Positions 1 to 14,635 of a stretch of DNA of 64,000 nt are shown one piece after another (the stretch's first letter is position 1; each line of letters begins with the position of its first letter). Source of the DNA: Escherichia phage vB_EcoM_phAPEC6. The position numbers and the translations under genes were made by a program. The notes beneath the pieces were generated by a model that saw only the letters and a program-made list of their open reading frames with translations, was not told where the DNA came from and searched no databases. The stretch lies in the sequence record MK817115.1. One strand, 5' to 3'.

Positions 1-327
1 TTAGTGCAGCTTGGTCAGCAACACTTAGTGTGTTAATAAACGGTTGATAACTAATATAACCAACTGTAATTGTTGCACCAGTTGGGATAGTTTTTGCAGT
101 CCCAGGTGTAGAAAATTCAACTTTACTATAAACTGGTACTGAATACGTTGAGAGCAAACGTGAAAGTTGTAGATAACGCAAAAGTGCGATTGACTTATCA
201 ATAGTTTGCTGGTCAGTAGGTGCGGTTGTTGGGGAAGATGAATCATAATCACCATACATATAATATGGGATATTATCTAGGTTCGTCCCTGAAACTTCAA
301 TTTTAAATACTTGTAGTAAATTGTTCA
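1..327 (-). CDS. Hypothetical protein, N-terminal part only (gene runs off the left edge)
   Basis: Open frame from ATG at 327 (MNNLLQVFKIEVSGT...) to position 1 with no stop; GGAGAAG Shine-Dalgarno 8 nt upstream; AATAAATA late-like box about 25 nt upstream. Confidence 0.4.
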
Positions 328-411
328 TTGTATATTCTTCTCCATAATACAAAACACTTTTGATTATTTATTATTAAAAATCAAAAATATTTACGTATAA
401 CATTTAGTTTT

Positions 412-1755
412 TTAGAATCGTGCATTTTGTCTCAACATAACACTATATCGTGGACGTGTCATGGCAGTGTATAAAATTCTACACTTAGTATCATTTGTAC
501 CAATACGTTCAATAAAATCAGTATCAAACCAAATGTTATCAAAAGTACTTCCTTGCGATTTATGAACAGTTGTTGCGTAAGGATAATTGATAATATGCAA
601 TTTATTCTTTATTACATAGTAATCCTGCCACATATATGGTTTCTTTGTCAATGGATTTATTTCTTTTTTCTCAATATCCTTAACAAGTTTATCTAGTTTT
701 TCGTCCATTGCAATTCTTGTTTCTGGTCCTACGCCTAAAATATAACTACCATTAGGTAAACGGAATTGCCAACAATCAATCCCCATAAAACTTTCACGTT
801 TCACTTCAGGACATTGTATAATTTGTTGTACTACATATGGACTATTCTCAGTTATGCTTTCAAAAACAATTGGTTCACCTTTAGTAAATTCATCTGGTAC
901 TTCAAATAGTTGACTTCTAATGTAAATATTAGCCAAATTAACTCGATAGTTAGTATATGCTAAGATTTTATTTTCATTTACGAAATCAAATATTTTTTTA
1001 GATGAACCCTTGTTTTCCATAATAAATTCACGATAAACATCTAAAAATAAATCTTCATCATCAATAGGTGTAATAGTGCTTAAACCATATGTCTGATGCA
1101 TAATATCAAATGGATTTTTACTAGTTCCAATACACTCTCGAATAGCAGTTGCAACTGCCAAAATCGGATTATCCAATGCTTGACGTAAAACCTCAGTTAA
1201 CTCATATTGAACAGGTACATCAAACGTAGGAGACAATTTAGTCTCTCCCATTGTACCTTCGGACTCAACTGGGGGCAATTGACAACGATCACCAATGAAT
1301 AAAACTGCTCGACGGACACGCCACAATTGATCCTGAATATGTTGGAATAATTCTTCTGAAATCATACTACACTCATCAACAATAAGAATGTCAACGTTAG
1401 TATTACTAACTTTACTTTGGGGATCATGTTTCAGTACTTGACGATTCTTTTCATATACTAATTTTAGTCCTAAAAAAGAGTGTATTGTACTAACTTGTGC
1501 ATCTTCCTTAGTAAGACCAGCATTATTGATTAGCATATTACGAATAACAGCATTGGCTTTATGTGTAGGTGAAGTTACTGCAATATTATAGTTTTTACAT
1601 AGTGCTTTTACAATCTCAGCAGTAGTGAATGTTTTTCCAGTTCCTGCTGGGGCAGACAAAACCGAAATGGTCTTACCTGCATAGTTGTAAACACGATCTA
1701 TAAAATCATCAAAGATTTCTTGTTGCTTATCCGTAAGCTTAATTTTACTCATCAT
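412..1755 (-). CDS. dda: Dda-like SF1 DNA helicase
   Basis: 447 aa; Walker A SAPAGTGKTF; helicase motifs IVDECSM and VHKSQGSTFD; length and layout match T4 Dda. Confidence 0.8.
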   Translation of the reverse strand: MMSKIKLTDKQQEIFDDFIDRVYNYAGKTISVLSAPAGTGKTFTTAEIVKALCKNYNIAVTSPTHKANAVIRNMLINNAGLTKEDAQVSTIHSFLGLKLVYEKNRQVLKHDPQSKVSNTNVDILIVDECSMISEELFQHIQDQLWRVRRAVLFIGDRCQLPPVESEGTMGETKLSPTFDVPVQYELTEVLRQALDNPILAVATAIRECIGTSKNPFDIMHQTYGLSTITPIDDEDLFLDVYREFIMENKGSSKKIFDFVNENKILAYTNYRVNLANIYIRSQLFEVPDEFTKGEPIVFESITENSPYVVQQIIQCPEVKRESFMGIDCWQFRLPNGSYILGVGPETRIAMDEKLDKLVKDIEKKEINPLTKKPYMWQDYYVIKNKLHIINYPYATTVHKSQGSTFDNIWFDTDFIERIGTNDTKCRILYTAMTRPRYSVMLRQNARF

Positions 1756-1782
1756 TCCCTCGACTGATTTTTACATTTCAAG

Positions 1783-3085
<1,303 letters not shown>

Positions 3086-3170
3086 ATTACTTCTTTCTCC
3101 ATATAAACTATGTAAAACGTAAAAATGGGTAAATACTTTATAAAAATAACAATAAGATTGGAGATTAACA

Positions 3171-4607
<1,437 letters not shown>

Positions 4608-4608
4608 A

Positions 4609-6084
<1,476 letters not shown>

Positions 6085-6220
6085 CTAGTACCATCACTTA
6101 AGATTATACCATTATCACAAACATCAATCACAGTACCCGTTACCTTCACACCACCAGTAAGATAAAAATCATATATGACATTAGCATCTATCGTAAAAAT
6201 ATCTTTCATACATTATACCC

Positions 6221-6246
6221 ATAAGAAAAGGGATTCATAGAATCCC
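6221..6246 (-). terminator. Intrinsic terminator downstream of nrdB
   Basis: GGGATT / AATCCC stem followed on the minus strand by TTTTCTTAT. Confidence 0.5.
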
Positions 6247-6259
6247 TGTTAGTTAGAAT

Positions 6260-7384
6260 TTATAGTTTGAATGGTGAGAATGTATCTACTTGGATATCAT
6301 TCACAATACCACCAATGATGTAAGAACTTATTTCAGTTTCTTGTGGTGCAACTTGTACTGAACCACCACTAACCCAATGCTCAGTCCAAGGTAGAGGGTT
6401 ACTCTTAGATACGGTATATGGACATTTAATTCCTAGTGCAGTCATACGCTTAGAACCAATCCAACGAACATATTGTTTTAGAATTTCTGCATTCAGTCCA
6501 ATGATTGAACCATCTTTAAAGAGGAAGTCTGCCCAAGCTTCTTCTTGACGGATAGCAGACATAAACATTTCCAGTACTTCATCATAACACTCTTCTGCTA
6601 TTTTTACCATATCTGGATCTTCTTTTTTGAGAAGACGTAGAATCATTTGGGTTGCTGCTAGGTGTAGGTTTTCATCACGACAGATTAGACGGATAATCTT
6701 AGCATTACCTTCCATTAGATTGTTTTCAGCAAACGCCCAAGAACACGCAAAGCTTGCATAAAAACGAACACCTTCAAGAATGTTAATACTATTCAGGCAC
6801 AACCAAAGTTTTTTCTTTAGTTCGTATAAACTAATTTCGACTGTTTCACCATTGATTGTATGTGTACCAACACCTAATGCACGGTATAGAGTACCTAGTA
6901 CATCAAGATCATCATAGTATTTGGAAACATCAGCAGCACAATCAGTGATTTCTGGAATGTCCAACATAGTATCAAATACTTCAGAAGGATTAGGATAAAT
7001 GTTACGAATAATATGAGTGTATGATTTACTATGAATCGCACCTTCAAAGAATGCCCATGTCTCTATAAAGTTCTCTAGTTCAGGTAGAGATGCATATGGA
7101 AGTAACATTAGGTTTGGACCACGACCTTGTACGGAATCAAGAAGAATTTGACGTTTCAAGTTAGAGGTAAAAATGTGCTTCTCGGAATCATTAAGGTTGG
7201 CAAAATCAATTTTATCTTTAGATACGTCAACTTCACCAGGAGTCCAGAAGAAACTTTTCTGTTGCTCTGTTAGTTTTTCAAGTGTAGAGTATTTGTTACT
7301 TTCAAAGCGTTGGATATCAACACTTTCATCAAAAAACATATTTTTTTCTAGGTGAGACTTCTCGTTAATTTTGAAAACTGACAT
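6260..7384 (-). CDS. nrdB: Ribonucleotide reductase small subunit (class Ia)
   Basis: 374 aa; di-iron ligand motifs FFEGAIHSKSY and RDENLHLA; uninterrupted ORF (no intron). Confidence 0.85.
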   Translation of the reverse strand: MSVFKINEKSHLEKNMFFDESVDIQRFESNKYSTLEKLTEQQKSFFWTPGEVDVSKDKIDFANLNDSEKHIFTSNLKRQILLDSVQGRGPNLMLLPYASLPELENFIETWAFFEGAIHSKSYTHIIRNIYPNPSEVFDTMLDIPEITDCAADVSKYYDDLDVLGTLYRALGVGTHTINGETVEISLYELKKKLWLCLNSINILEGVRFYASFACSWAFAENNLMEGNAKIIRLICRDENLHLAATQMILRLLKKEDPDMVKIAEECYDEVLEMFMSAIRQEEAWADFLFKDGSIIGLNAEILKQYVRWIGSKRMTALGIKCPYTVSKSNPLPWTEHWVSGGSVQVAPQETEISSYIIGGIVNDIQVDTFSPFKL

Positions 7385-7414
7385 ATATATTCCTTTATAT
7401 ATTTTGAAATAATA

Positions 7415-7432
7415 ATCCCGCCGAAGCGGGAT
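7415..7432 (-). other. Stable hairpin between nrdA and nrdB (UUCG loop on the minus-strand RNA)
   Basis: ATCCCGC-CGAA-GCGGGAT perfect 7 bp stem; weak U-tract, so more likely an RNA stability or processing element than a full terminator. Confidence 0.4.
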
Positions 7433-7438
7433 CTTAAA

Positions 7439-9757
7439 TTAGATTTTACAACTATCACAATCACCTTCATCCAAATCAGGAAGTGATGGTAATACAAATT
7501 GTCCAGATTCTGGTTTGGCAGCTTCTTTCAGTACTTTTTCAACGTCTACTTCATCTGAACCATCATTTGTATTATGATAATAAAGATTTTTCAAACCAAC
7601 TTTATATGCATACATAAGTTCAGTTAGAAGAGTTGACATTGGCAACTTACCATCAGGGAAGTGTATTGGGTTATAACTAGTATTAACACTGATACTTTGG
7701 TCAATGTATTTTTGTAGAACACCACAGATTTGTAGATAACCAATGTTATCTTTCTGATCCCATAGTAAATCATATTTGTTTTTCAACTTATTGATTTCTG
7801 GAACTACTTGTTTAAGAATACCATCCTTAGATAGTTTCTTCGTTACAAGAGAACGTGGCTTTTCAATACCGTTAGTACTGTTACTGATTTGTGCACTTGT
7901 TTCTGCTGGCATTAATGCCATTGTTGTTGCGTTACGAATACCATATTCTTTGATATCGGCACGTAAGGATTCCCAATCTTGTTTTAGTTCTTTAGTTACT
8001 AATTCATCAATGTCCGATTTATAAGTATCGATTGGAAGGATACCTTTGGCATATTTTAGATTATCAAATCCTTCACACTTACCTTTCTCTTTAGCAAGCT
8101 GTACAGAAGATTTAATTAGATAGTAAGACCATGCTTCAGCCCACTCGTTAACTGTTTCTAGTGCTGCTTCATTATAACGTAAACCACGTTTAGCAAGGAA
8201 GTATGCAAAGTTAATAATACCAACACCTAGTGGACGATACATTTTTGTTGCTCGGTCAGCATGAACTACTGGGTAGTCTTGATAGTCCAATAGTGAATCA
8301 AGAGCACGAACAGAAAGATCACATGCAGTTTCCATATCTTCTGGTTTATCAAAGTTACCCCAGTTAATTGCACTCAAAGTACATAGGCTAATCAAACCTT
8401 CACCAGTATTAATATCATCAAATGGCACAGATGGTAGTGCGATTTCTTGACACAAGTTGGATTGTTCGATTGGTGCAATTGATTCAACAAATGTTGAGTG
8501 AGTGTTTGCATGGTCAATATTTTGAATATAGATACGACCAGTTTCTGCACGTTCAGTCATTAGAGTACTGAATACTTCCACAGCAGGAACGGATTTTTTA
8601 CGGATGCTTTGGTCAGCTTCGTATTTTTTATATAGTTTTTCAAATTCTTTTTGGTCAGAACAGAATGCTTCATATAGCCCAGGGACTTCATTAGGACTAA
8701 AGAATGTAATATTCTTTCCATCAACCAAACGTTGATATAAAGTTTTGTTTACTTGGAAACAATAGTCTAGTTGACGTACACGGTTAAACTCTGTACCTTT
8801 GTTATTTTTAAGTACAACTAGGTTATCAAATTCCAAATGCCACAATGGAAAGTGAACAGTTGCTGCACCACCACGCACACCACCCTGTGAGCAGCTTTTA
8901 ACGGTCTTAGCAGTTGCTGCGATAAAAGGAATCAACCCAGTATGTACTGCATCACCTGAACGAATCTCAGAGTCTAGAGCACGAATGCGGCCCATATTAA
9001 TACCTAGTCCAGCTTTGCGTGAGATATAACGTAGAATAGCGTGATTTGATGAACCAATGCTATCTAAACTATCACCAACGTTCAGTACTACACAAGAACT
9101 AAACTGACGTGTATTAGTACGTAGACCTGCCATAATAGGTGTTGGAAGACTGATGTCAAAATTACTTACTGCGTCATAAAACTTTTTAACATATGACATA
9201 CGTACAGAACGATCATACTCCATAAAGATGATTGCTGCAATAGTCATATATGCCATTTGTGGGGTTTCATAAATTTTCTTAGTGACTCGGTTTTTATAAA
9301 GATACTTTCCTTCCCACTGACGCATAGCAACATAAGTAAATTTGTCGTCACGCTTATGTTTGATATAACGCCCAAGCTCTTCTATTTCTTGAAGAGTATA
9401 TTTCTCCAAAATTTCAGGATCATATATTTTAGTATCTACCATTTCTTGAAGATGAGCAGTATACTTAATTGGGTCATACTGTCCATATACTTGCTTACGA
9501 ATACTATAGTTTAATAATCTTCCAGCAACGTATTGATAGTTAGGCGTATCTTCAGAAATAAGTTCTGCTGCTGCTTTTATTAGAATATCATGAATAGTAC
9601 TAGTTTCAATACCTTCATAAAACTGAAGTTGTGCTCGGATTTCAATTTCAGAAACTGAAATACCACTTAAACCTTCAGCAGCGAAAAATAAAATTTGATG
9701 GATCTTATCCAATGATAACGGCTCTTTCATTCCATTACGCTTGGTTACGTTAATCAT
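7439..9757 (-). CDS. nrdA: Ribonucleotide reductase large subunit (class Ia)
   Basis: 772 aa; ATP-cone N-terminus, catalytic core and C-terminal CDSCKI cysteine tail. Confidence 0.9.
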   Translation of the reverse strand: MINVTKRNGMKEPLSLDKIHQILFFAAEGLSGISVSEIEIRAQLQFYEGIETSTIHDILIKAAAELISEDTPNYQYVAGRLLNYSIRKQVYGQYDPIKYTAHLQEMVDTKIYDPEILEKYTLQEIEELGRYIKHKRDDKFTYVAMRQWEGKYLYKNRVTKKIYETPQMAYMTIAAIIFMEYDRSVRMSYVKKFYDAVSNFDISLPTPIMAGLRTNTRQFSSCVVLNVGDSLDSIGSSNHAILRYISRKAGLGINMGRIRALDSEIRSGDAVHTGLIPFIAATAKTVKSCSQGGVRGGAATVHFPLWHLEFDNLVVLKNNKGTEFNRVRQLDYCFQVNKTLYQRLVDGKNITFFSPNEVPGLYEAFCSDQKEFEKLYKKYEADQSIRKKSVPAVEVFSTLMTERAETGRIYIQNIDHANTHSTFVESIAPIEQSNLCQEIALPSVPFDDINTGEGLISLCTLSAINWGNFDKPEDMETACDLSVRALDSLLDYQDYPVVHADRATKMYRPLGVGIINFAYFLAKRGLRYNEAALETVNEWAEAWSYYLIKSSVQLAKEKGKCEGFDNLKYAKGILPIDTYKSDIDELVTKELKQDWESLRADIKEYGIRNATTMALMPAETSAQISNSTNGIEKPRSLVTKKLSKDGILKQVVPEINKLKNKYDLLWDQKDNIGYLQICGVLQKYIDQSISVNTSYNPIHFPDGKLPMSTLLTELMYAYKVGLKNLYYHNTNDGSDEVDVEKVLKEAAKPESGQFVLPSLPDLDEGDCDSCKI

Positions 9758-9795
9758 GTGTCATCCTTGTTTTTTGATGTAAATTTCTTTTTTTA

Positions 9796-9822
9796 GTGGA
9801 AGAAAAAGGCGGGACGCCTTTT
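9796..9822 (-). terminator. Intrinsic terminator overlapping the stop of the 9821-10402 gene
   Basis: AAAAGGCG / CGCCTTTT stem followed by TCTTCC on the minus strand. Confidence 0.45.
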
Positions 9823-10402
9823 AAGGTTTGTCCCACCCACGATATACAAATTCTATATGATATCCTGAATTTAAATAATCCGAGTTAACTATGTTAAATT
9901 GCATATTTCCAGTTGTAGAATCATATGCAGGATCTTCAAATGAGATAGAAATAATTGCGTCAGTTCTATTTGTATTATTTGACTGTGCAATCATTGTGTT
10001 TGAACCAGCGGCTACTAGTTGAATAGTTCCTGATTCTAAAACCGTTTCTGTATCATCATATGCAATATAATCGATGAATACTCTACTTTCACTTTCAAGA
10101 ATAACTTCTATACTTTCTTGATTTTGTGGAAGATCAACTTTAAACGGTCTATTAATTATTTTTGATACCGTTCTCCACGGTGAAAATTCTGTAATTATTT
10201 CTACGTTTTCTTTACCTGAATTTGGATCAGTAGTCCAAGTTCTTCCAGCGACTAAGCTGGCTGGGTCAGATGATGATGGAAGGCCAATAAAAACACGACC
10301 CACATCAGTACTGAATCCTATCTGACCTTTTTCTAATGCATCAGGTAAGTCTCTCTGTTTACCAGTTCTTACTTGTTGTAAAGCAATTTGTTGTTGTGCC
10401 AT
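9821..10402 (-). CDS. Hypothetical protein with tail-fibre-like N-terminal motif
   Basis: 193 aa; LQQVRTGKQRDLPDALEKGQIGFSTDVGRVFIG resembles the conserved N-terminal domain of phage tail fibre proteins. Confidence 0.4.
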   Translation of the reverse strand: MAQQQIALQQVRTGKQRDLPDALEKGQIGFSTDVGRVFIGLPSSSDPASLVAGRTWTTDPNSGKENVEIITEFSPWRTVSKIINRPFKVDLPQNQESIEVILESESRVFIDYIAYDDTETVLESGTIQLVAAGSNTMIAQSNNTNRTDAIISISFEDPAYDSTTGNMQFNIVNSDYLNSGYHIEFVYRGWDKP

Positions 10403-10430
10403 AAAAACTATCTCCTATAGTATTATAGGA

Positions 10431-11003
10431 TTATTTAGCTTTTTCTTTAACTTCCGCAATACGCTCATTAATTAGTTGAGATACAACTGAGCTATCTACA
10501 GAAGATAGAATTTGTTCTGGTACTAAAGATTTTAAATGTTTAACATAATTGGAAACACTTTTTAATTCTTTAGTTTGCAATGCTTCTTTGATAATGTCCA
10601 AATCTTCTTTAGATGAAACAACACGCTCAATAACAACTTCATCTTCTTCCAATTCAGGAGCAAGTTCTTCTGCAATAATTTCTACTTCTTCAGAAACTTT
10701 AACTTGTTCTTCACTATCAACAACATACTCTTGAATAACTTCTGGTGGTACATTGCGTGATACTTCATCAACACTAATATCTTGTGCAATTTGTTCTTTA
10801 ATTTCTTCAACAGGTTTAGCACCACGTTGTTTATAATCTTTGATATTTAGAATTAGCTTATTTGATAAATCCAGTTTATCAATCTCTTCTTCACTAAGTT
10901 TAATTACTTCTTCTAAATCATAACCTTTACTTACTAGTGCACGAATTGTATATAGATCTTGTTTCATTTTTTTATGCTGCTCCATTTGATTCAATTTCTC
11001 CAC
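10431..11003 (-). CDS. Hypothetical acidic protein
   Basis: 190 aa, Glu/Asp-rich; overlaps the downstream nuclease gene. Confidence 0.4.
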   Translation of the reverse strand: MEKLNQMEQHKKMKQDLYTIRALVSKGYDLEEVIKLSEEEIDKLDLSNKLILNIKDYKQRGAKPVEEIKEQIAQDISVDEVSRNVPPEVIQEYVVDSEEQVKVSEEVEIIAEELAPELEEDEVVIERVVSSKEDLDIIKEALQTKELKSVSNYVKHLKSLVPEQILSSVDSSVVSQLINERIAEVKEKAK

Positions 11004-11691
11004 GTAAAATATAGTATTGTTCTACACGTTCAATCCACATATTGACTGCATCTTTGAAGTCTTGTCCTTCTATGACAAACTCTTGATATTGTAGATTGTT
11101 AGGATCTTTTCTTACACAGATGAAAATCACACCACGTTCTATATTAGTTCCAAACATTTGATTATGGGCTAATGCATATGCTGCAATTTGCATACGATAA
11201 TTTTCTATTTGTCCCCACTTCTTAACTTTACGGGAATTTTTATAATCCATAATGGTTGGGATTCCATCATGAACACCTACTAAATCAGTTGTTCCGGCCC
11301 ATAAACCTTCATAGTACAATGGGACTTCCTGTCCCCATACTTCATTAATTCTAGGCCATGCTTCTTGCTGAATTTTGTCAGCCATTCTACGTGCAAGAAC
11401 TCGAATTGGCATACCACCTTCATGGTCTGGCTTTCCTTCCAATCTAAATTCCAAGTTCTCATGCATAAAAGTACCAACTGTACATGCTTCTAATGTAATC
11501 TCATTAGCCTTTTCTTCACCAACAAATTCTCTCCATTTCTTTAAACCTTCGTCATTCGAGGTCGCACTTAGAATTGTTGTTACTGACGGCAGATTACCAG
11601 TTGGAGTTGAATAAAGGCGACCTTCTGGGCCGCCTTCAATTCTATTGTAACCAACATATGTATATCTGCTAACAATTGGTGGTGTGTACAT
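10972..11691 (-). CDS. PD-(D/E)xK family nuclease (RecB/Cas4-like fold)
   Basis: 239 aa; TTDLVGVH ... IMDYK and MQIAAYALAH match the D...(D/E)xK and QxxxY motifs. Confidence 0.5.
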   Translation of the reverse strand: MYTPPIVSRYTYVGYNRIEGGPEGRLYSTPTGNLPSVTTILSATSNDEGLKKWREFVGEEKANEITLEACTVGTFMHENLEFRLEGKPDHEGGMPIRVLARRMADKIQQEAWPRINEVWGQEVPLYYEGLWAGTTDLVGVHDGIPTIMDYKNSRKVKKWGQIENYRMQIAAYALAHNQMFGTNIERGVIFICVRKDPNNLQYQEFVIEGQDFKDAVNMWIERVEQYYILRGEIESNGAA

Positions 11692-11730
11692 CCGTGTACT
11701 CCTAATTATAGCATTATATTTTAATTTGTC

Positions 11731-12066
11731 TCAGTTTTTTTGTTTATTTGCTGTCACAGCAGCTTTTGTGGCCCAATCTTCAACTTGCTCTTCAGAATCT
11801 TGCTCGACTTCTTCTGAACCTTCTGCTGAATTTCCTGCAAAAGTTACAACATCAGAATTAGCATCCTGTACAAAAGGAAGGGAATTCAAAATGTCCATCA
11901 TTACATTGTATGGAACATCGATGTTGGTTCTCTTTTTAATTTCAGAAATCAAAGATTGAACATTTACTTCTTCTCGACCCGTGGACACTAAAGACAACGC
12001 AATAGTAGTAATCATATTGCGTATATCTTTACCAGGAGCCTCTTCAGTAAGATCACGAAATCTCAT
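11731..12066 (-). CDS. Hypothetical protein
   Basis: 111 aa ORF. Confidence 0.35.
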   Translation of the reverse strand: MRFRDLTEEAPGKDIRNMITTIALSLVSTGREEVNVQSLISEIKKRTNIDVPYNVMMDILNSLPFVQDANSDVVTFAGNSAEGSEEVEQDSEEQVEDWATKAAVTANKQKN

Positions 12067-12082
12067 GTAGAATTGTCCTTAA

Positions 12083-12739
12083 TTATTTTTTAACGTATCC
12101 TAGAACACGTTTAACTTTCTTTTCATTCTCAGAAAGCCATGTTTTCATTTCTTCTTTTGAACTAAAGTATTTAGTACCCACAGTTCCGCGAATACTTTCC
12201 ATTTTTACACCAACTTTACTTGGTTTAACAGATTCTTTCATTTCACGTTCAGTTGGTACTGGTTCAGAGATAATGTCTTCTTCAAAGTCTGCGTCTGCAT
12301 CCATATCAAAAGTTGGGGTATCTGCTGCAATATCAATATCAACATCTTCACTTCCAATATCAGAAACATCTGGACCGTCAGTGATATCACCAGTTAGTTT
12401 AAGTGTTTCAGTACTGATTTTGTCTTTTACATCCATTAAGGTAGTAACTGCATGTTGTAGTAGATGGCGAACATTATCACTAAAATTTTGTGCAGCATCT
12501 AGACCTTGCTCGGCTTTAATACGGTCAAGTAGTGGGCCTAGTACGTCAACACCCATGTTGTTAATAACCTCAGATTGACGTTGGAGTTTATCAACAATCT
12601 CACCTTTTACTGAAAGAACAATTTCTGCTTTTTCAATATTAGATTCATTTAATTGAATAAACTTCATAGCTTCTGCACGAGAAGCTGCTTCCATTAGTTT
12701 TTTATATTTTGACATTTGTATTTCCTTATAAAATATCAC
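12083..12739 (-). CDS. Hypothetical acidic protein
   Basis: 218 aa ORF; true start may be the internal Met at 12715. Confidence 0.4.
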   Translation of the reverse strand: MIFYKEIQMSKYKKLMEAASRAEAMKFIQLNESNIEKAEIVLSVKGEIVDKLQRQSEVINNMGVDVLGPLLDRIKAEQGLDAAQNFSDNVRHLLQHAVTTLMDVKDKISTETLKLTGDITDGPDVSDIGSEDVDIDIAADTPTFDMDADADFEEDIISEPVPTEREMKESVKPSKVGVKMESIRGTVGTKYFSSKEEMKTWLSENEKKVKRVLGYVKK

Positions 12740-12748
12740 TCATTTTAT

Positions 12749-13420
12749 TTACTTTATATAACCTTCGCCTTTTAGAAAGTTTAATACACGCTCTTTTAAT
12801 TTATACGCTTCAGCTTTCTTTTCTGCAATAATTATATCTAAATCTTTTGCTTCATCATACTTCGATTCATTAAGTACGCGTTGACGTTTCTGGGCTGCTT
12901 TCAATGCTTCACTAATCACATTCGTGTATTGAAGACCCGAACTGATTATACCAAGTACTTTTGCATCTGTCAACATTCTTCCTTCATTGAGAAGGTTAAC
13001 TAATGTAAGTGCTGCTTCATACATCATAATATTATTCATAATAATTTGTGAACTATGATTACACTTAATGCTATAAACTTTTGTAGATTTAGTACCTTGT
13101 ACTTTTTCTTCCACTAAACTCCAATTAGTTTTTGGTTTAATAGGTGCTTGTGATGGTCGTGGTGATTGTACTGGTGAATTCCCTGATAAATGTTCATTAT
13201 ATGGAGAATTGTATTGTACCATATGTGGATGTTGCGGTTCACCATAATCCATACCTGCTTCATTCAATGAAGTTAAAATAGAAGCCATAGCACCGATATC
13301 ACCACCAGTTTTATATGGAACCCCTGATGCGTTATGTGTTTCACCAGCTTCAATGTCATTCAATCCACTTAACAAATCAGCCATCTGATTAACTGATTGT
13401 TGATCATATTCGTAATTCAT
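12749..13420 (-). CDS. Hypothetical protein
   Basis: 223 aa ORF. Confidence 0.4.
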   Translation of the reverse strand: MNYEYDQQSVNQMADLLSGLNDIEAGETHNASGVPYKTGGDIGAMASILTSLNEAGMDYGEPQHPHMVQYNSPYNEHLSGNSPVQSPRPSQAPIKPKTNWSLVEEKVQGTKSTKVYSIKCNHSSQIIMNNIMMYEAALTLVNLLNEGRMLTDAKVLGIISSGLQYTNVISEALKAAQKRQRVLNESKYDEAKDLDIIIAEKKAEAYKLKERVLNFLKGEGYIK

Positions 13421-13635
13421 TTACTACTCCTAACTGTTTGGTAAGATTCAGTACCGTCATCATTTTCTATTTTATTTAGAACACCACGTGATACCATTTT
13501 ATCAGCTAATTCCTGATAATATTCATTTACCTTTTCAACTGGAACAGTACCGCGTGCTTTTATCTTTTGTAATAGTTTATATTCTTCATTAGAAACCATT
13601 GTATTGTGACCATGCACATTTAGTACTGTTCTCAT
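13417..13635 (-). CDS. Hypothetical small protein
   Basis: 72 aa ORF; overlaps its neighbours by 4 nt and 1 nt, consistent with translational coupling. Confidence 0.35.
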   Translation of the reverse strand: MRTVLNVHGHNTMVSNEEYKLLQKIKARGTVPVEKVNEYYQELADKMVSRGVLNKIENDDGTESYQTVRSSK

Positions 13636-14579
13636 TAACGACCTCGCATACGATGACAGAAATCGATAATTTGATCTACCATGTCATCATTATCAGATTG
13701 TGATGTGTTTGCCATAACACTTTCATCACCATAGATATCATCTTCTTTTTCAATATCAGAAATTGCATGTATCATTTCACCCATACCAGGTGCATGATGT
13801 GACAATGGTGATGGTGTATCAGGATTACTATCAGGCTCTAAACTGGAATTAGCCATAAGTTCACTGTTAATTTCTTGTGGAGATTTTTCTTCACGAATTG
13901 GATTATTTTCATTATCAATAGGATTAACATCACTCAAAGGAAAAACGTTCAACTCATTTGGCTTGGTCCCACTTTTAGTAATAACTAATGACTGCTCCGG
14001 TGTTTGTCCTGGGTCAACACCAACTACAGGCTCAACCGAATCAGTCCCGCTTTGTGTACCTGGAACACTAACTTTCATATTATTAGCATTTCTTTGCAAC
14101 TCAGCTTGTTTCATTTTAGCTTGAGTTTGTGGATTGACTTGTTGTTGACCCTGAGAAACATTCATTTTAGCAATTTGTTTTGCTTGCATTTGTGTGGCTT
14201 GATTTTGTAAATCTTCAAATACAATTGCTTTTAATTCTTGTGTGGTTAGTTTTGTTATATCTGAATATGTATAGTTTTTATGATACTCTTCTGATAATTG
14301 CGTTAGTGACATTGAATCAACAATACTATGAAGTTCAGTACTTTCATTAATATGTTTGTTAATATTTTTAGTACTAAAATAATTATAACATTCACTCATC
14401 TGTGCTTTGTATTTTTGTAAAATTTGGAATATTTCACGATTGTCAGAATTATCAATCGCAGAATTTAAAGTGATAAAATCACCTGCATCCATATTATCAA
14501 GAATAACAGAAACATCAACATTCAAATTATGTGCATCTGCGAACTTTTGAAGTTCAGTTGCTGTTTGGTTTATATCCAT
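13635..14579 (-). CDS. Hypothetical Gln/Asn/Ser-rich protein
   Basis: Start set at ATG 14579 (GGAGAA SD upstream); GATAAATA late-like box about 40 nt further upstream. Confidence 0.4.
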   Translation of the reverse strand: MDINQTATELQKFADAHNLNVDVSVILDNMDAGDFITLNSAIDNSDNREIFQILQKYKAQMSECYNYFSTKNINKHINESTELHSIVDSMSLTQLSEEYHKNYTYSDITKLTTQELKAIVFEDLQNQATQMQAKQIAKMNVSQGQQQVNPQTQAKMKQAELQRNANNMKVSVPGTQSGTDSVEPVVGVDPGQTPEQSLVITKSGTKPNELNVFPLSDVNPIDNENNPIREEKSPQEINSELMANSSLEPDSNPDTPSPLSHHAPGMGEMIHAISDIEKEDDIYGDESVMANTSQSDNDDMVDQIIDFCHRMRGR

Positions 14580-14635
14580 AATTTCTCCATATAAAATAAA
14601 AAGACCTCTGTCTTGCTTTATGATATTTATCACAA

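Noticed and set aside
25-255. 76 aa minus-strand ORF in the ORF track
   Set aside because: It lies in a different frame inside the longer open frame 1-327, which has a proper SD and start, and its sequence is low complexity.
6260-9757. Possible group I introns in nrdB or nrdA, as in T4
   Set aside because: Both reading frames are continuous and full length, with no ORF-free insertion or embedded endonuclease gene.
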